From the human T2T-CHM13v2.0 reference genome, Homo sapiens, in the NCBI RefSeq assembly GCF_009914755.1, contig NC_060945.1: a stretch of 64,000 bases of DNA; one strand, 5' to 3'. The notes under the pieces are model-generated. The model did not search any database. It was not told the origin of the DNA and was given only the letters and a program-made list of their open reading frames with translations. The translations under genes were made by a program, and so were the position numbers. Within the stretch, counting starts at the first letter, position 1, and each line of letters begins with the position of its first letter. Shown here piece by piece: positions 1 to 15,580 of this stretch.

Positions 1-208
1 TAAATTTCAGAAACCTTCTCTAAAATTCTTACTGTTTTATCTTAAAAAATTCATATAGAAATTGTGGTCAGATGTAAACTGTGACTCTGAGCACAAATCC
101 CAATGCTATTGCCAATTTAATTCCAATTTTTGTGTTCACACATGAAATGTAGTTTTTCTTTTATTGAGTTTTAAAAATCTGTAAGATTTACCTATCTGAA
201 TATACACT

Positions 209-384
209 CAGGTCTAGCTTCATGTTCCTGTGACCTGTGTGGTCACACAAGGACCCATGTACATAATGACCTCATACTTGGCCTAATGCTCTGCTGTTGC
301 CATCTTGAAACGCTTAACACTTTGAACGAGGTACAACATCCACGTCATTTTGCACTGGGCCCTGCAAATCACGTAGACAGTCAT
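209..384 (+). mobile_element. MER45A-like hAT-Tip100 DNA transposon relic
   Basis: Follows the recalled MER45A consensus: caggtctagcttcatg...tgacctgtgtggtcacacaaggaccc...aatgctctgctgttgccatcttgaaa...cattttgcactgggccctgcaaat. Confidence 0.7.
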
Positions 385-509
385 ATATGAGTCCAGTATT
401 TTCCTACCACCAGACATTTTAATGTACTGAAGAGATAAAAAAAACTAATAATTAGAAGTTTTAAAAGAATATTTTTAAGAGTTGTTGTTTGTTTGTTTGT
501 TATTTAATC

Positions 510-1430
<921 letters not shown>

Positions 1431-4097
1431 TAATAAGATCTTGAGAGAAAAATAAGTTGAAGCCAGAGGTAAAACTCAATATTGGTAATATCTTTTTGTT
1501 GTAGGGTTGCTTTCCATTTTAGAAAGTAATTCAGAGTGTTATTTTTTAAAAATCATATATCAGAGTTCTCTAATAAATTTCAAACTTAAAAGAACATTTA
1601 ACTTCATAAGAGAAGAGAAATGTTTCATGAACATATTTTAAAGATAGGGAAACTAGAATACAATTTGGAGTAAAACTAATATTTTAAGTAACCTGGAGAT
1701 AGGACTCATATCTTTTAATAGAACATGCATTCTAACAAGCCAGTGATTTTTCAAAGTTTTCTAAAACACTTTTCTCAAACCACATTTAACCTAGAAGTAG
1801 AAACAAATAAAAGACACAAAATTAGAGTTAATTTTATTGTAACTGGGTTGGCTCCAGAGATTATAGTTAGGAAGTGATTACATTAAGCTCTACATATGCA
1901 GCATTCTAGAAAATTTCAATGCAGTAGACAAAATCTATAAATAATGTGAAACACATATTAACATGTTAAGCATAATATGCATTCATTGTCTTCAACAGAA
2001 TAGTTCTCTATTAATTTTTTAAACGTAATACAATTTTACTTTAAAAACTGAAAAATCAACATATTTCATTAAGAAAAAAATATAAATGTTGCAAAATGAT
2101 GATGAAAATACCGATAGTAACAATTCCCAACTATAACAATTTTGTTTTATCTAATACTGGTCAGCTTTCCATGTGTCCAAGCATTACAGGACTTTTCATT
2201 AAGCCTAATCCTCACAAGAACATTGCTTTGAGTGATATTCCAGAGTGGTAGTCCTTTAAGGCATTAGAACGATTTGTGAAATCACTAAAAATACTAGGGG
2301 AAATATTCAAAAAATGACAATAGTGCCATTATTCCTCCTCCTCAAAGAGACTATCAGAACTAAAACTCTTTGCTTCATGTTCCTGTTTACTTCTGTCCCT
2401 TTCAAGTCACAGAGGTATTATCAGACTTTCATCATTATATGACTCTGCTTTTCCAACAGAATCAATTACCTATCCCTTATCTCACATCTTGATAGTGATA
2501 GATATTGAATGCTTATGTTCTGATTAGCAAACTCTTTTTGCATTTTTAGTAACAACTTGAACTCCTGATATGTCTGGAAAATATAACCCCTTCAACAGCC
2601 CTTTCAATGGGTTGCTACTATTTTGCTCACCCCATCTTCACCTGCCTAATCATGAGGAGGCGGGGTATATACAATTTCAGTTAATTTGTAGTTATCAGTC
2701 TATTATAGTTCTTTCCTTCTGAAAACCAACAAGTAAATAAACCAGCAAGCATCACCAATAAACTTTGACAGTTTATGGTTCATAACGTATGTCTACACCA
2801 AACTTTCCATTCAAATGCTTTTTCAAACCTTTGGTTTCTTTCTCTATTAAGACAACTTTTGCTTTTGGCTTTCAAAGACATTCTCTCCATTATAAACTCT
2901 GTCATTATTCTCTATTGTGCTTACCTCAAACTGGTAACTCTTTCAAATCTTACCTGTCAGTTTCTTGACCACCATGCATGTTAATAACATTTCTTCTCTA
3001 TTTTAGACAGCAAATGTTTCTCAATATTTAAAAAAAAATATCCTACTCTTTGGTCCTCTCTACCTCCCATTTCATCCAATATCACTTGTTCGAGACCTGA
3101 ACTCGTACAGGTTTTTAACCTGTTGAAGACTGTCACTCTATGGACTCTACTCTCTTCTCTCTCCTCCATAGCCTTCTCATTGCCTATCTTCCCTACTTGT
3201 CCAGGAAATGATGACATGTTTCATCACTATAATTAATCCATTTCAAATGGCCTTTATGCCAAATTATTTTATTATATGCTCTTTCTGTGCCATGCCTTGT
3301 TTTCCAAATTTACCACAGTACAAATTTTACAATTAGTTTTCCATTACTGAATTAGTACCAATCTCTGTCTTAAAAAATAAATACAGTAAAAAATGATAAT
3401 GAATTTATTTCTTCTTATAATACTATCACTGGTGCATGATTAGAATAAATTAATCTTAAGATAATATAAGCATTTCTCCAAATGGTCTTCAAATTCATTG
3501 ATTTTTTTGTGATTTCAATTTGCATATTTATTGTTCCTGTTGCAATTTTTTCAGATTTTTTAAGTATATGTATTAACTCAGAACACATAACTCTTATCAC
3601 ACATATTTTTCATGTAATTTATCTAAATCTCATAGAAAAGGGTCCATTTGCATTTTCTCTTATTAGACTCCTGATTTCAAATAATATATTACTTATGAGT
3701 ATTTTTCTGTGCTGTAGTTATTCATTCTTATAGATATGTAACATAATTCCTTTTTCAAAGGTAAAAATTGAGCTATCTCTTGTTGAGGATTTGTTGATCT
3801 CTGTCTAAAGTTTCAAAAATAAAGAACTTTAAAAGCAAAATGTAAATTCCTTTCAAGTTTTAGTAAAATTACTTCAAACTTAGTAGCTTAAACAATACAG
3901 ATTTATTATGTTACAGTTCTGTAAGACAGAAATCTGACTTGATCACACCATGTTAAAACGAAGATACTGCCAGGGTTGGTTTTTTCTTGGGGGTGGTCTG
4001 TGGGAAGAGTTCGTTTCCTTTGGTTTTCCACAGCCCAGAGGCTGCTTGCATTCCTTTAATCACTGTCCCTTCCTCCATTTTTGAAATGAGGAATGGA

Positions 4098-4320
4098 GTC
4101 AGGGTGACTATGGTTAGCAATATTGTATTGTATATTTCAAAATAGCTAGAAGAGAGGATTTTTGAATTCTCTCACCATAAAGATATCAAAGATGTATGAA
4201 GTGAAGAATATGTTGAATATCCTGATTCAATATTTAAACTATACATACACGTGTTGAAACATCACACTGTATCCCATAAATATGTACAATAATTATGTGT
4301 CATAAAACAAGATTTAAATT
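4098..4320 (+). mobile_element. L1MA-type 3' end fragment inside the MLT1 LTR
   Basis: agggtgactatggttagcaatattgtattgtatatttcaaaatagctagaagagaggattt...aaacatcacactgtatcccataaatatgtacaat. Confidence 0.8.
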
Positions 4321-4560
4321 GTTTTAAAGGGCCAGCAATGGCAGTTTGTGAGTTCCCATCTCATCACTCTAACTTCTTCTGCCTCCTTCCACTTGTAAAT
4401 GTCCTTCTGATTATTTTGGTCCCATCAGGATAATCCAGAATAACTTTCCTATCTTAATATCAACTGATGAACAACCTTAGTTTAGTCTACAATTTCAATT
4501 TTCCTTTGCCATGCAACTAACATATTCACAAATTCTGGGGACTAGAATGTGGACACCCGT

Positions 4561-4913
4561 TGTATTAGTTTGTCCTCACACTGCTAATAAAGACATAGCT
4601 GAGACTGGGTAATTTATAAAAGGAAGACGTTTAACTGACTTGTAGTTCCACATGGCTGGGGAGCCCTCAAAATCATGGTGGAAAGCGAATGAGAAGCAAT
4701 GTCGCATCCCACGTGGTGGCAGGCAAGAGAGCTTGTGCAGGGGAACTCCCGTTTATAAAACCAGCAGATCTCGTGAAACTTATTTACTACCACAAGAACA
4801 GCATGGGATAAACCGTCCCCATGATTAAATTCTCTCTACCTGACCCCATTCTTCACATGGAATTATTACAATTCAAGGTGAGATTTGGGTGGGGATACAG
4901 CCAAATCACATCA
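4561..4913 (-). mobile_element. THE1C/D solo LTR (MaLR)
   Basis: tgtattagt...gctaataaagacatagctgagactgggtaatttata...gagagcttgtgcaggggaactccc...gagatttgggtggggatacagccaaatcacatca. Confidence 0.9.
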
Positions 4914-6254
4914 TTTGTGGAGAGCTGTGATTCTGCCTACCACAAGTAAGATGTACAAAGCATGGAAGGAGCTACAGCCAGAAACAATTATACCATTGGG
5001 AATTTCTAGCAGAATAAATAGCAGTTATTAACTGATAAGTTAATAGATTAAGTAAACCTAAATAATTGCCTTCATTAGCAGTGAGGCTTTTGATGGTCCA
5101 TGTATCACAGATATTTAAACACAAATACATTTTTCTCATTTATTCCAATAACAAAAGTGTTTTTTGGTTTGTTTTGTTTTGTTTTTGAAAGTTTGGTATG
5201 AGAGAGAAAGAGATGAGCTGATTTGACTACTCCAGGCTAGAGGATATGTAGCTGAGAGTCTATGGCTGAGTGGAGGAAAAAAAAAAAAAATCACAAGCCC
5301 TGTCCAGGATAACAGAGAGAGAAAGCTGTTTCTGTTGAGATTTGATGGCCCCCATCACACCAAATTTGGGCTTCTAGCTAGCCTCAGTTCTTCAGATAAC
5401 TGACCTTCCTTCCTTCCTCCCTCTTGTAATAGTCTTTGTGTATTAGAAGTACCTTGAAATACTGGGTCAGAAAATGTGGCACAAAAGAGAAAAGCTTGCT
5501 CACTCCACATCTTGACCTGATCATTTCCTGAACATGATTGAGGTAGATGACTCTTTGCTCCTCTTTGGCTGACCTGCAGGAATAATACTGGGAATAAGCA
5601 AATCTCCTTTGGACTCCAGAGGGTGGTGGTCAGGAAGTGGGCCATTGAGAACCTAGGCAGAAATGCAGGCCAGATTATTGGAGTAGTTTGCTTTATAATG
5701 TTAAGATATTTATACACATGTTATGTGGGCCTCTATTTCCACTCTTATCTTAGAGCCCACATGTATTATGGAGGGCCTAGAATTGTTTCTGGAGTTTTTG
5801 GTATATACCTTTTTCAGAATAAAGTAAAAAATATTTATAGATAATTTAATTGTTCCCTATGTAGATTCCAGTGCCAAATTCCTTTCTTAGACACTTTTTC
5901 CAGTATAACATGTTAATATGTGACCCCTGCTTCACTTACAGATTTTTAGAGATCTATCCCAGGTTACTTAATTCAACTCCAAGACATACTTTTCTTTTAA
6001 ATGCAGTGAATAAAGCGTCAGTTACTTAGTCACTCCGGTTTTATTTAATCCTACTGTCATCTGACAATATGGTACTGATACTATTTCCTATTTCTAGATG
6101 GTTGCTAGAAATATACTGTAATATTTATTCTTGATATATGTTTGTTACTTTAACGGGAATACATAGGCTATAAATAGTCCCCTTGCCTCTCACAAGTTAG
6201 ACAGTCCTGCCCAGAATGCCCTGCTGAAGAGTTGTAGCAGATCACCCTGTTCCT

Positions 6255-6721
<467 letters not shown>

Positions 6722-7545
6722 TCATAAGTTGTCACCCTCTTGAAGCAATTGTTGGACACTATTTTAAAAATGTTTTACTTCTGAGTGAAATGTTGCATTT
6801 TATTTTACTAGAAGATTCTTATGTAGTTTAAGTACATTTTACGGTATTGTCAAAGAGCATGAGCAAAATATTTAGGAAAGATGAGACCATATTTCTTTTA
6901 TTTATGACATTGCCACAAAAAAATCAGGTAGATGAATTTGTATTAAGTTTTTGTACCAATTTCATATCTAAAATTTCAAAGAATTTTATTGCAACAAACT
7001 CTTTCTTACCATTAACTCAAAAAAATTCTGTTTTAAATTGACTTCATTCCATAAGTCTCTACACTACTAATTTGGCCAGAAGTTATTTTCAATCCTAATT
7101 GGGAACAACAAAGATCCACATGATATCCTTTCAATTTATGATGTTGAAGAAAGTTGAATTGTAATAATTTGAGTGTGCAGTCAAAGCAATTTTCAATACT
7201 ATGTATCACTGTAGAAACAAGGGAGAATGTCTTGGTTAACTATTTAAGTGGCTTGAGTATGGCAATTAAAATTTCATCTAAGCTCATTTTGATGAATCTT
7301 GTAAGGTGACATTTATTTCTTAGGCTCTGAACATTGTAAGTTCTGTTGATTTTCATGGGAAGTTTTCAAGGTCATTTTCAGAGATCTATGACAAAATGAC
7401 ATTATTTGAGAAAAAAAAAAAAAAGAAGAAATAGCTCAAAGTTTAAAGCATTATGGTATTCCCTAAGCCCAAAATTTTCTCCTTTTACAGAAACAAATGA
7501 AATGCAAAATAGACAAACAAACAACCCATCAAAATACCTTGAATC

Positions 7546-8187
7546 ACTGTTGGTGGGAATGAAAATTAGTTCGACCATTGTGGAAGACAGTGTGGAGACT
7601 CCTCATGGATCTAGAATCAGAAATCCCATGACCCAGTAGTCACATTACTTGGTATATACCCAAAGGAATATAAATCATTCTATTATGAAGACACATGCAC
7701 ACATATGTTTATTGCAGCACTATTTATTATAGCAAAGACATGGAACCAACTGAAATGCCCATCAGTGATAGACTAGATAAAGAAAATGTGGTACATATAC
7801 ACCATGGAATACTATGCAGCCATCTAAAGAACTAGATCATATCCTTTGTAGGAACATGGAAACCACCATCCTCATCAAACTAACACAGGAACAGAAAACC
7901 AAACACTGCATGTTCTCACTCATAAGTGAGAGTTGATCAACGAGAACACATTGACACAGGGAGGGGAACAACACACAGTGGGGCCTGTTGGGGCGTGGGG
8001 GGAAAGGGAAAGGAGAGCATTAGGACTGATACCTAATGCATGCAGATTAAAACCTAGATGACGGTTTGATAGGGGCAGCAAACCACCATGGCACATGTAT
8101 ACCTATGTAACAAACCTGCAAATTCTGCATATGTATCCCAGAAATTAAAGTAAAATAAAATAAAATAATAAAAACAACAACCAAATG
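7546..8187 (+). mobile_element. 5'-truncated L1PA10-like 3' end
   Basis: ORF2 end and 3'UTR (aaaacctagatgacggtttgatagg...aaaccaccatggcacatgtatacctatgtaacaaacctgc), A-rich tail, TSD taccttgaatc at 7535-7545 and 8188-8198. Confidence 0.9.
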
Positions 8188-9220
8188 TACCTTGAATCTC
8201 CAAAATAAGTTAACACAAATAGTTAAAATTGAGCATGCTTTTATTAGAAGAAGAAAATGTCATTGAAAATATAACAGATAATTTATAGGTGGGAACATAC
8301 GTAAAAACGTATAACTACTTAGATCTGCTAGATAAAGTGAGTCCCAAATGATAAGGTTACAAAAATAATGTTTTTTTGTAGAATATGTGTTTTCAATGAG
8401 AAAGTGTTGCAAAAGTCAGTCATACAGATTGGTAACTTTTATGTTTATTTTTCAAAAGCAGCTCAAAATAGTTCTTTAGATTCTGTAACAACACGGTGTC
8501 CTAATTTTGCTCCTAAAATTTTGTCACAAAATTTTAAATTCACTTGCAAATTGATCTTCATTTAATCTTCCTCTAGGTGTGTAAGCTAAATCAGAGATCT
8601 GCATGAACTGCTTGTTACTCTTTCATGCTATACATCCTCCCTAGGTAATTTTGATCACTGCAATCTTTTCCATCATCATTTCTACTTGAAGACTAACTAA
8701 TATAGGTAGAACAAATGTCAACTTCTAGATCTATATGCTTTCCAGATATCTCAAATAAAAGATAAAATTTGGGGAGATATACCATGTTCATGATTTTGAA
8801 ATAGTCAAGACTGTGTGATATTGTCCTCAAGAAAGACTAAATAGATCAACAGAACAAAATAGAAAATACAAAAACAGATTTACACATATAGTTAATATCT
8901 TTTTTTTTAAATAGCAAGTCAATTCATCAGGGAAAGTATCAGCTTTGAAGAAATGGAAGACTTTTCAAAGCAAGAAATGTAAAACAGTTGGGTATTTATA
9001 AGCAATAGAAAACAAATTTGATTCATAGCTTGCAAAATATATAAACATTAGTAATAAGCCAACCTGCATGTATTGAAATCCTAGATATAAACATAAGATA
9101 AATCTTTGTGACCTTAGTTGAAACAAATAAGTGCTGTATATGACATTAAACATTTAATTTGTAAAATAAAATATTAACTTGAACTTCTTCAAAAGTGAAA
9201 ATTTTTATTCTGTTTTAAAA

Positions 9221-11247
9221 ATTATTATACTTTAAGTTCTGGGAAACATGTGCAGAACGTGTAGGTTTGTTACATAGGTATACACATGCCATGGTGGTTT
9301 GCTGCACCCTTCAACCCATCATCTATTTTAGGTATTTCTCCCAATGCTATCCCTCCCCAAGCCCCCCACCCCCTGGCAGGCCCCAGTGTGTGATGTTCCC
9401 TTCCCTGTGTCCATGTGTTCTCATTGTTCAGCTCCCAATTATGAGTGAGAACATGCGGTGTTTGGTTTTCTGTTCCTGTGTTAGTTTGCTGAGAATGATC
9501 ATTTCCAGCTTTATCCATGTCCCTGCAAAGGACATGAACTCATCCTTTTTTATGGCTGCATAGTGTTCCATAGTGTATATGTGCCACATTTTCTTTATCC
9601 AGTCTATGATTGATGGGCATTTGTGTTGGTTCCAAGTCTTTGCTATTGTGAACAGTGCTGCAATAAACCTATGTGTGCATGTGTTTTTATACTAGAATGA
9701 TTCATAATCCTTTTTCTATTTAGTAATGGGATTGCTGGGTCAAACGGTATTTCTAGTTCTAGATCCTTGAAGAATCACCACACTGTCTTCCACAATGGTT
9801 GAACTAATTTACACTTTCACCAACAGTGTAAAAGTGTTCCTATTTCTCCACATCCTCTCCAGCATCTGTTGTTTTCTGACTTTTTAATGTTCACCATTCT
9901 AACCAGAGTGAGATGGTATCTCATTGTGGTTTTGATTTGCATTTCCCTAATGACGAATGATGATGAGCTTTTTTTTTCACATGTTTTTTGGCCGCATAAA
10001 TGTCTTTTTTTGAGAAGTGTCTGTTCATATCCTTTGACCACTTTTCGATGGGGTTGTTTGTATTTTTTCTTGCAAATTTGTTTAAGTCCTTTGTAGATTC
10101 TGGATATTAGCCCTTTGTCAGATGGATAGATTGCAAAATTTTCTCCCATTCTGTAGGTTGCCTGTTCACTCTGATGATAGTTTATTTTGCTGTGCAGAAG
10201 CTCTTTAGTTTAATTAGATCCCATTCATCAATTTTGGCTTTTGTTGCCAATGCATTTGTTGTTGTATTCATGAAGTTTTTGTCCATGCCTATGTCCTGAA
10301 TGGTGTTGCCTAGGTGTTCTGCTAAGGTTTTTATAGTTTTAGGTCTTATGTTTAAGTCTTTAATCTATCTTGAGTTAATTTCTATATAAGATATAAGGAA
10401 GGGATCCAGTTTCAGTTTTCCACTACCCAGTTTTCCCAGCACCATTTATTAAATAGGGAATCCTTTCCCCATTGCTTGTTTTTGTCAGGTTTGTCAAAGA
10501 TCAGATGGCTGTAGATGTGTGGCATTATTTCTTAGGCCTCTGTTCTGTTCTGTTGGTCTACATAACTGTTTTGGTACCAGTACCATGCTGTTTTGGTTAC
10601 TGTAGCCTTGCAGTATATTTTAAAGTCAGGTCACATGATACCTCCAGCTTTGTTCTTTTTGCTTAGGATTGTCTTGGCTATACAACCTCTTTTTTGGTTT
10701 CGTATGAAATTTAAAGTAGGTTTTTCTAATTCTGTGAAGAAAGTCAATGGTAGCTTGATGGGGATAGCATTGAATTTATAAATTACTTCAGCAGTATGGA
10801 CATTTTCATATTGATTCTTCCTATCCATGAGCATGGAATAATTTGCCATTTGTTTGTGTCCTCTCCTATTTCCTTGAACAGTGGTTTGTAGTTCTCCTTG
10901 AGGAGATCCTTCACATCCCTTGTAAGTTGTTTTCCTAGGTATTTTATTCTCTTTGTAGCAATTGTGAATGGGAGTTCACTCATGATTTGGCTCCCTGTTT
11001 GTCTGTTATTGTTGTATAGGAATGCTTGTTATTTTTGCATATTGATTTTGAATCCTGAGATTTTGCTGAAGTTGCTTATCAGCTTAAGATTTTGGGCTGA
11101 GACGATGGGGTTTTCTAAATATAAAATCTTGTCATCTGCAAACAGAGACAATTTGACTTCCTCTCTTCCTGTTTGAATACCCTTTATTGCTTTCTCTTGC
11201 CTGATTGCCTTGGCTAGAACTTTCAATACTATGCTTAATAGGAATGG
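9221..11247 (-). mobile_element. 5'-truncated L1PA7-like element, ~2 kb
   Basis: attatactttaagttctggga..catgtgcagaacgtg tail; broken ORF2 frames ([46 protein letters not shown]). Confidence 0.95.
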
Positions 11248-11315
11248 AAAAGGGCATTTAAAAATAATTTTTTAAAAAGCTATGAACTGAGAAAACATTT
11301 GAATAGCATATATCT

Positions 11316-11941
11316 TATTGGCCAAGAAAGGTTTATCTCATCAGGACTAATGTTTGTCTTTAGAACTGGCACTTGGCTGGCTTTTGGAAGATAATCTGTG
11401 GGCCCTTAATATATTCTGCCTGATGACAGTGTTTCTATACATCTTTGGCTTTAGAGTACAGTGCACAAGTGGTTTTCAGCGTCTGAGGCCTTGGACCATG
11501 CTGTGCTCATTTGAACAGTTAAGCTTATCCTAACAATATAATTTAGAGTCAATGGCTATATTTGATCTGACAGATGCTGTAGTCTGAGTAGCTGAAATCA
11601 CTCATATAGGCACCACCTTACATGACTGATGCCCAGTAAAAGCCCTGGAGACCAAAACTTAAATGAGCTTCTCTGATTGACAACACTTCAATATGCTGTC
11701 AAATATTGTTGCTGGGAGAATTACATGTGTTCTTGTGGGATTCCACTGGGAGAGGACACCTGAAAGCTTGTACCTGATATCTTCTACATTTCTCCCCATA
11801 GGTTTTTTTTCTTTGTTGATTTTAATCTGTATCTTTTCATTGTAGTAAACTGTAACTATGAATGTAACATGTTTTCTAAGACCTGTGAATCATTATAGTT
11901 AATCTTTGAGCCTAAGGGTGGTCATAAGGAGCCCCAACACA
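11316..11941 (+). mobile_element. ERVL-class solo LTR (MER68/MER77-like)
   Basis: ttgttgctgggagaatta...ttccactgggagaggacacctgaaagc...gattttaatctgtatc...gagcctaagggtggtc...ccccaacaca. Confidence 0.7.
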
Positions 11942-13262
11942 CTAATAAATTACTTTCATAAAGAATATATAAAAGCTGTCAAAAATCAAAAATAAAACAA
12001 ATCACCCAATTTTCTAAAAGGCAAAAGATTGAAAAAGACGTCATGATAGAAGACATGGATGACAAATAAGTATATCAAAAAATTTTAACATCTGTAATCA
12101 TTAAAGAATTGAAAACCACAAAGAAATACTACTGATAGTTATTACAATGTCCAAAGTGAAAAAAAATATTGACCCTACCAGGTATAGGCAAGAAAATGGA
12201 GGAACTGAAACTTTAATATACTTTTGATTGACAACCAGTTTGTAAAATAGATTGACAGCTTCTTTAAAAAGTAAACCTATGCTTACCACTTAATCTAGTC
12301 ATTTATCTTCTAGATATTTCCCCCTCGAAAAATGAAAAAGAAATTGTTGTATATAAATGTTCATAGGCATTTTCTCTTTAATAGCTAAAACGTGGTCATG
12401 ACCCACATATTCATTAACAAGTAATTGGTGATATATACGTACAGAAAAATTCTGCTCAGCAATAAAAAGGTTCGACTACTGACACATGCAACAACATGAA
12501 TGAATTTCAAAAGAATTTTGCTGTAAAGCAAAAATGCCAGCCAAAAAATAGTGCACCTTATATGATTCCATTTATATAAAACTTCTGGATGCACCAATAT
12601 ACAATATACAGTAACATACAATACTGAAAGATGGTCAGCAGTTGTCTAGCTAAGATGCTTATTAGGAGAGACAATAATTGCAAAAGGGGATTATTAAAAG
12701 TAGTCATGAGGAAACATTTTGTGGATTTATATGTTCACTATCTTGACAATAATGATGATCTCATGGATGTATAAATATGTCAGAGCATATCTAATAATTT
12801 ATCTTACATATTTTTGGCTTTTAATATGTTAATTATAGCTCAATAAATTTCTTAAAAACTCATTGGACTCTATCTGTAATGTGTGTATGTTTAGTTTTAA
12901 GTAAAGTGCAGCTAAATTTTTCTCCACCATTACAATTTTCAAACATACTTTCACTTACAGAATAGCATACTGAAAATTAACACATGCTTTTATAATTATA
13001 AATAAAATAGTAATATATCTTTTCTGCTGAAATAAATGCAAACCAATTACAAGGAATTTATTAGTTTTTATTTTAGTTACTTCATATATATTAGCACCTA
13101 AGCCTCAAAGATTCACTATGTAATTGTGTAAATTAGTAGTAGGGTTACCTGAATCTGGCTTAATAATCAATTAATCAGTATTTATCTTTAAACATTTTTT
13201 CCTTTATGAATTGTGTCACACTTTTAAAGAGCCCTTCCTACATTACAAGCATATATAAAATA

Positions 13263-13584
<322 letters not shown>

Positions 13585-14249
13585 ATAAAATATATTCTTA
13601 TACTATTTTAGAATAATTTCAGAAGTTAGATTGTTTTCTAGTTTTTAGTGTTTTCATTGATACCAAATTTATTTTTATGTACATAAATGTATGATTTTAA
13701 GTTAGATTATTTCAAACTCGTATCCCTGCAATTATCTGAACAAAATTTTTAAGTAGTCACATTGACTTTTTTTTCAAAAGTTAGTTTTAAGCTATTTGAT
13801 AACATATGGATATACTTCACTAAAGTTGTATTTTTGTGTGTAATTCTTTAATCCATCTGGAGATATTTTGGTTGTTTTTCGATCAGATAGCCAGTTAAAC
13901 CAGAAAGAAAAATCTTACCAAAAAGTTTCCACTTAGAAAATTTAATAGCCAAAAAAACTAATATATGCAAGAATGAACAAAAACATATTGATAAAACTTA
14001 TACATCATATTTTTATTGAAATATTTCATAATGAAATGTTTCACATGGTTAAAGAACTACAAATTCATCCAATGTAAATAAAAACTTCATGGGAAATGTA
14101 TAATATATGAGGGATTATTTGATATCTGAAAAAATTAGATAGAAAATAAATGCTTAAAAACTTCTAGAAGGTAATCCAGTAGAATATTTATCAGCTTAGG
14201 CTAACAAATGATATAAACATGATTAAAGAAGAGCTAAACTTAAATAAAA

Positions 14250-15220
14250 ATATTAAGTTGATGACAAGTGTAAAACACCATTCTTCAAAATATGCAATTA
14301 CAAATAGGAAAGCGCTAATAGGAGAAAAAATAAAATGTTTATAATGCAAAAAGTATTAACATTCAAAACTGTTGATAATATAAAGAAAGATATTATAAGG
14401 AAAAGTATTCCAGTAGTAGAGTAGCCTAAATATAAGGCAATTCGAAGAAAGAAAAGAGGAATCATGAATAGGTTTATCAATCCTGATTCCATCTTACCAG
14501 TGATTAGACTGGTAAATAAGAAAATGTGTGATAATACCAAGGGTAATAAAGATATATTTCATTTACATTTACAGTGCTGGTAAACATACACTGTACAACC
14601 ACTTTGGAGAAAACTTGGAAGTACCTAAAATGTGAAAATGTACAGTTGCTCTTGATCCAGCAAGGGTACCTCTGAGTATATATTGTGGAAAAATTCTCAC
14701 ACATGCATACACAGTGAAACATGTAAGAGTGCTTATAGCAGCATTGTTGGGATTTTCTTTAAACCCTAGATTTGACCTATATATCTATCAGTAGAGAATC
14801 AAAATAAAATTCAAGCTATTGTTATACAGTGGGATATAGTACATCACTGATAATTAATACAAATTAATATTACGAACCACTCAAGTTTGAATCAAATATT
14901 AGGTCATGGTATAATGAAATTATAAAACTATTTAGAGTTAAAAACAGGCAAAAATGTCACATTTATTTTAGAATTCATAATTGAATAGTAGAAGAAAGTA
15001 AAAATGCATAGGAATCATCAACATGAAACACAGGAAAAATAAATGAAACATAGGCAGGTGATTGCCTGCAGAGCAAGAAAGTAGAGTTTATTAAGGAGGG
15101 CAGTATGAGAACTATTTAAGATATTTTAGGATAAGAAGCGGTTTTGTGAATTTGAATTCATTATATAACACTTTCTATTTTGTTTTGTTATTCATCATTT
15201 AACATTTTTTAAAAAATATA
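14250..15220 (+). mobile_element. Ancient L1ME-type fragment
   Basis: gtacaaccactttggagaaaacttgg...ttgatccagcaa...ggaaaaattctcacacatgcatac...tttatagcagcattgtt. Confidence 0.6.
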
Positions 15221-15401
15221 AAGAATTCTCATAAGTATTTTTAAACTAGAAGACAAATAAGTGGAATGAAACATCTAAATGTCAAATTTTGGTGTGTATG
15301 TCCTATTAATTTCTAAGCAGGGACACCTGGCAAGCAGAAATAACTCTGAGGACATGTGGGATTTTGAATTTTTTGACACCTCTGTAAAGTTATTTGGCAA
15401 G

Positions 15402-15580
15402 CAATAATAATAGCTACCACTTATTTATCAAGTGTTTACTAATGTACTAAGCATTGGCATATATGGTTTATTACTTCTATCCTATTTAGTATTCAAATCA
15501 ATATGATGTCTATTTTTTGTTCTGTTTTAAAAATAAAGAAGCTAACATGTCCAAGCCACATATTTAGTAAGTATTGGAAC
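15402..15580 (-). mobile_element. MIR
   Basis: aataataatagctaccacttattt...gtgtttactaatgtactaagcatt...aacatgtccaagccacatatttagtaagt. Confidence 0.55.

Larger units (their letters stand above)
3841..4944 (-). mobile_element. MLT1D-like MaLR LTR, split by two later insertions
   Basis: aaacttagtagcttaaacaatacagatttattatgttacagttctg...ggataatccagaataactttcctatctta...ctggggactagaatgtggaca, terminal ttctgcctaccaca at ~4931-4944. Confidence 0.75.
8760..12858 (+). mobile_element. Ancient L1M (L1MD/ME-type) 3' part, fragmented by an L1PA and an LTR
   Basis: Decayed ORF2/3'UTR motifs at ~8760-9210, ~11250-11315 and ~11945-12858 (atatgattccatttatataaa, atagctcaataaa). Confidence 0.65.

Noticed and set aside
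2460-3300. Possible L2 remnant
   Set aside because: Pyrimidine-rich and suggestive, but too diverged to call by eye.
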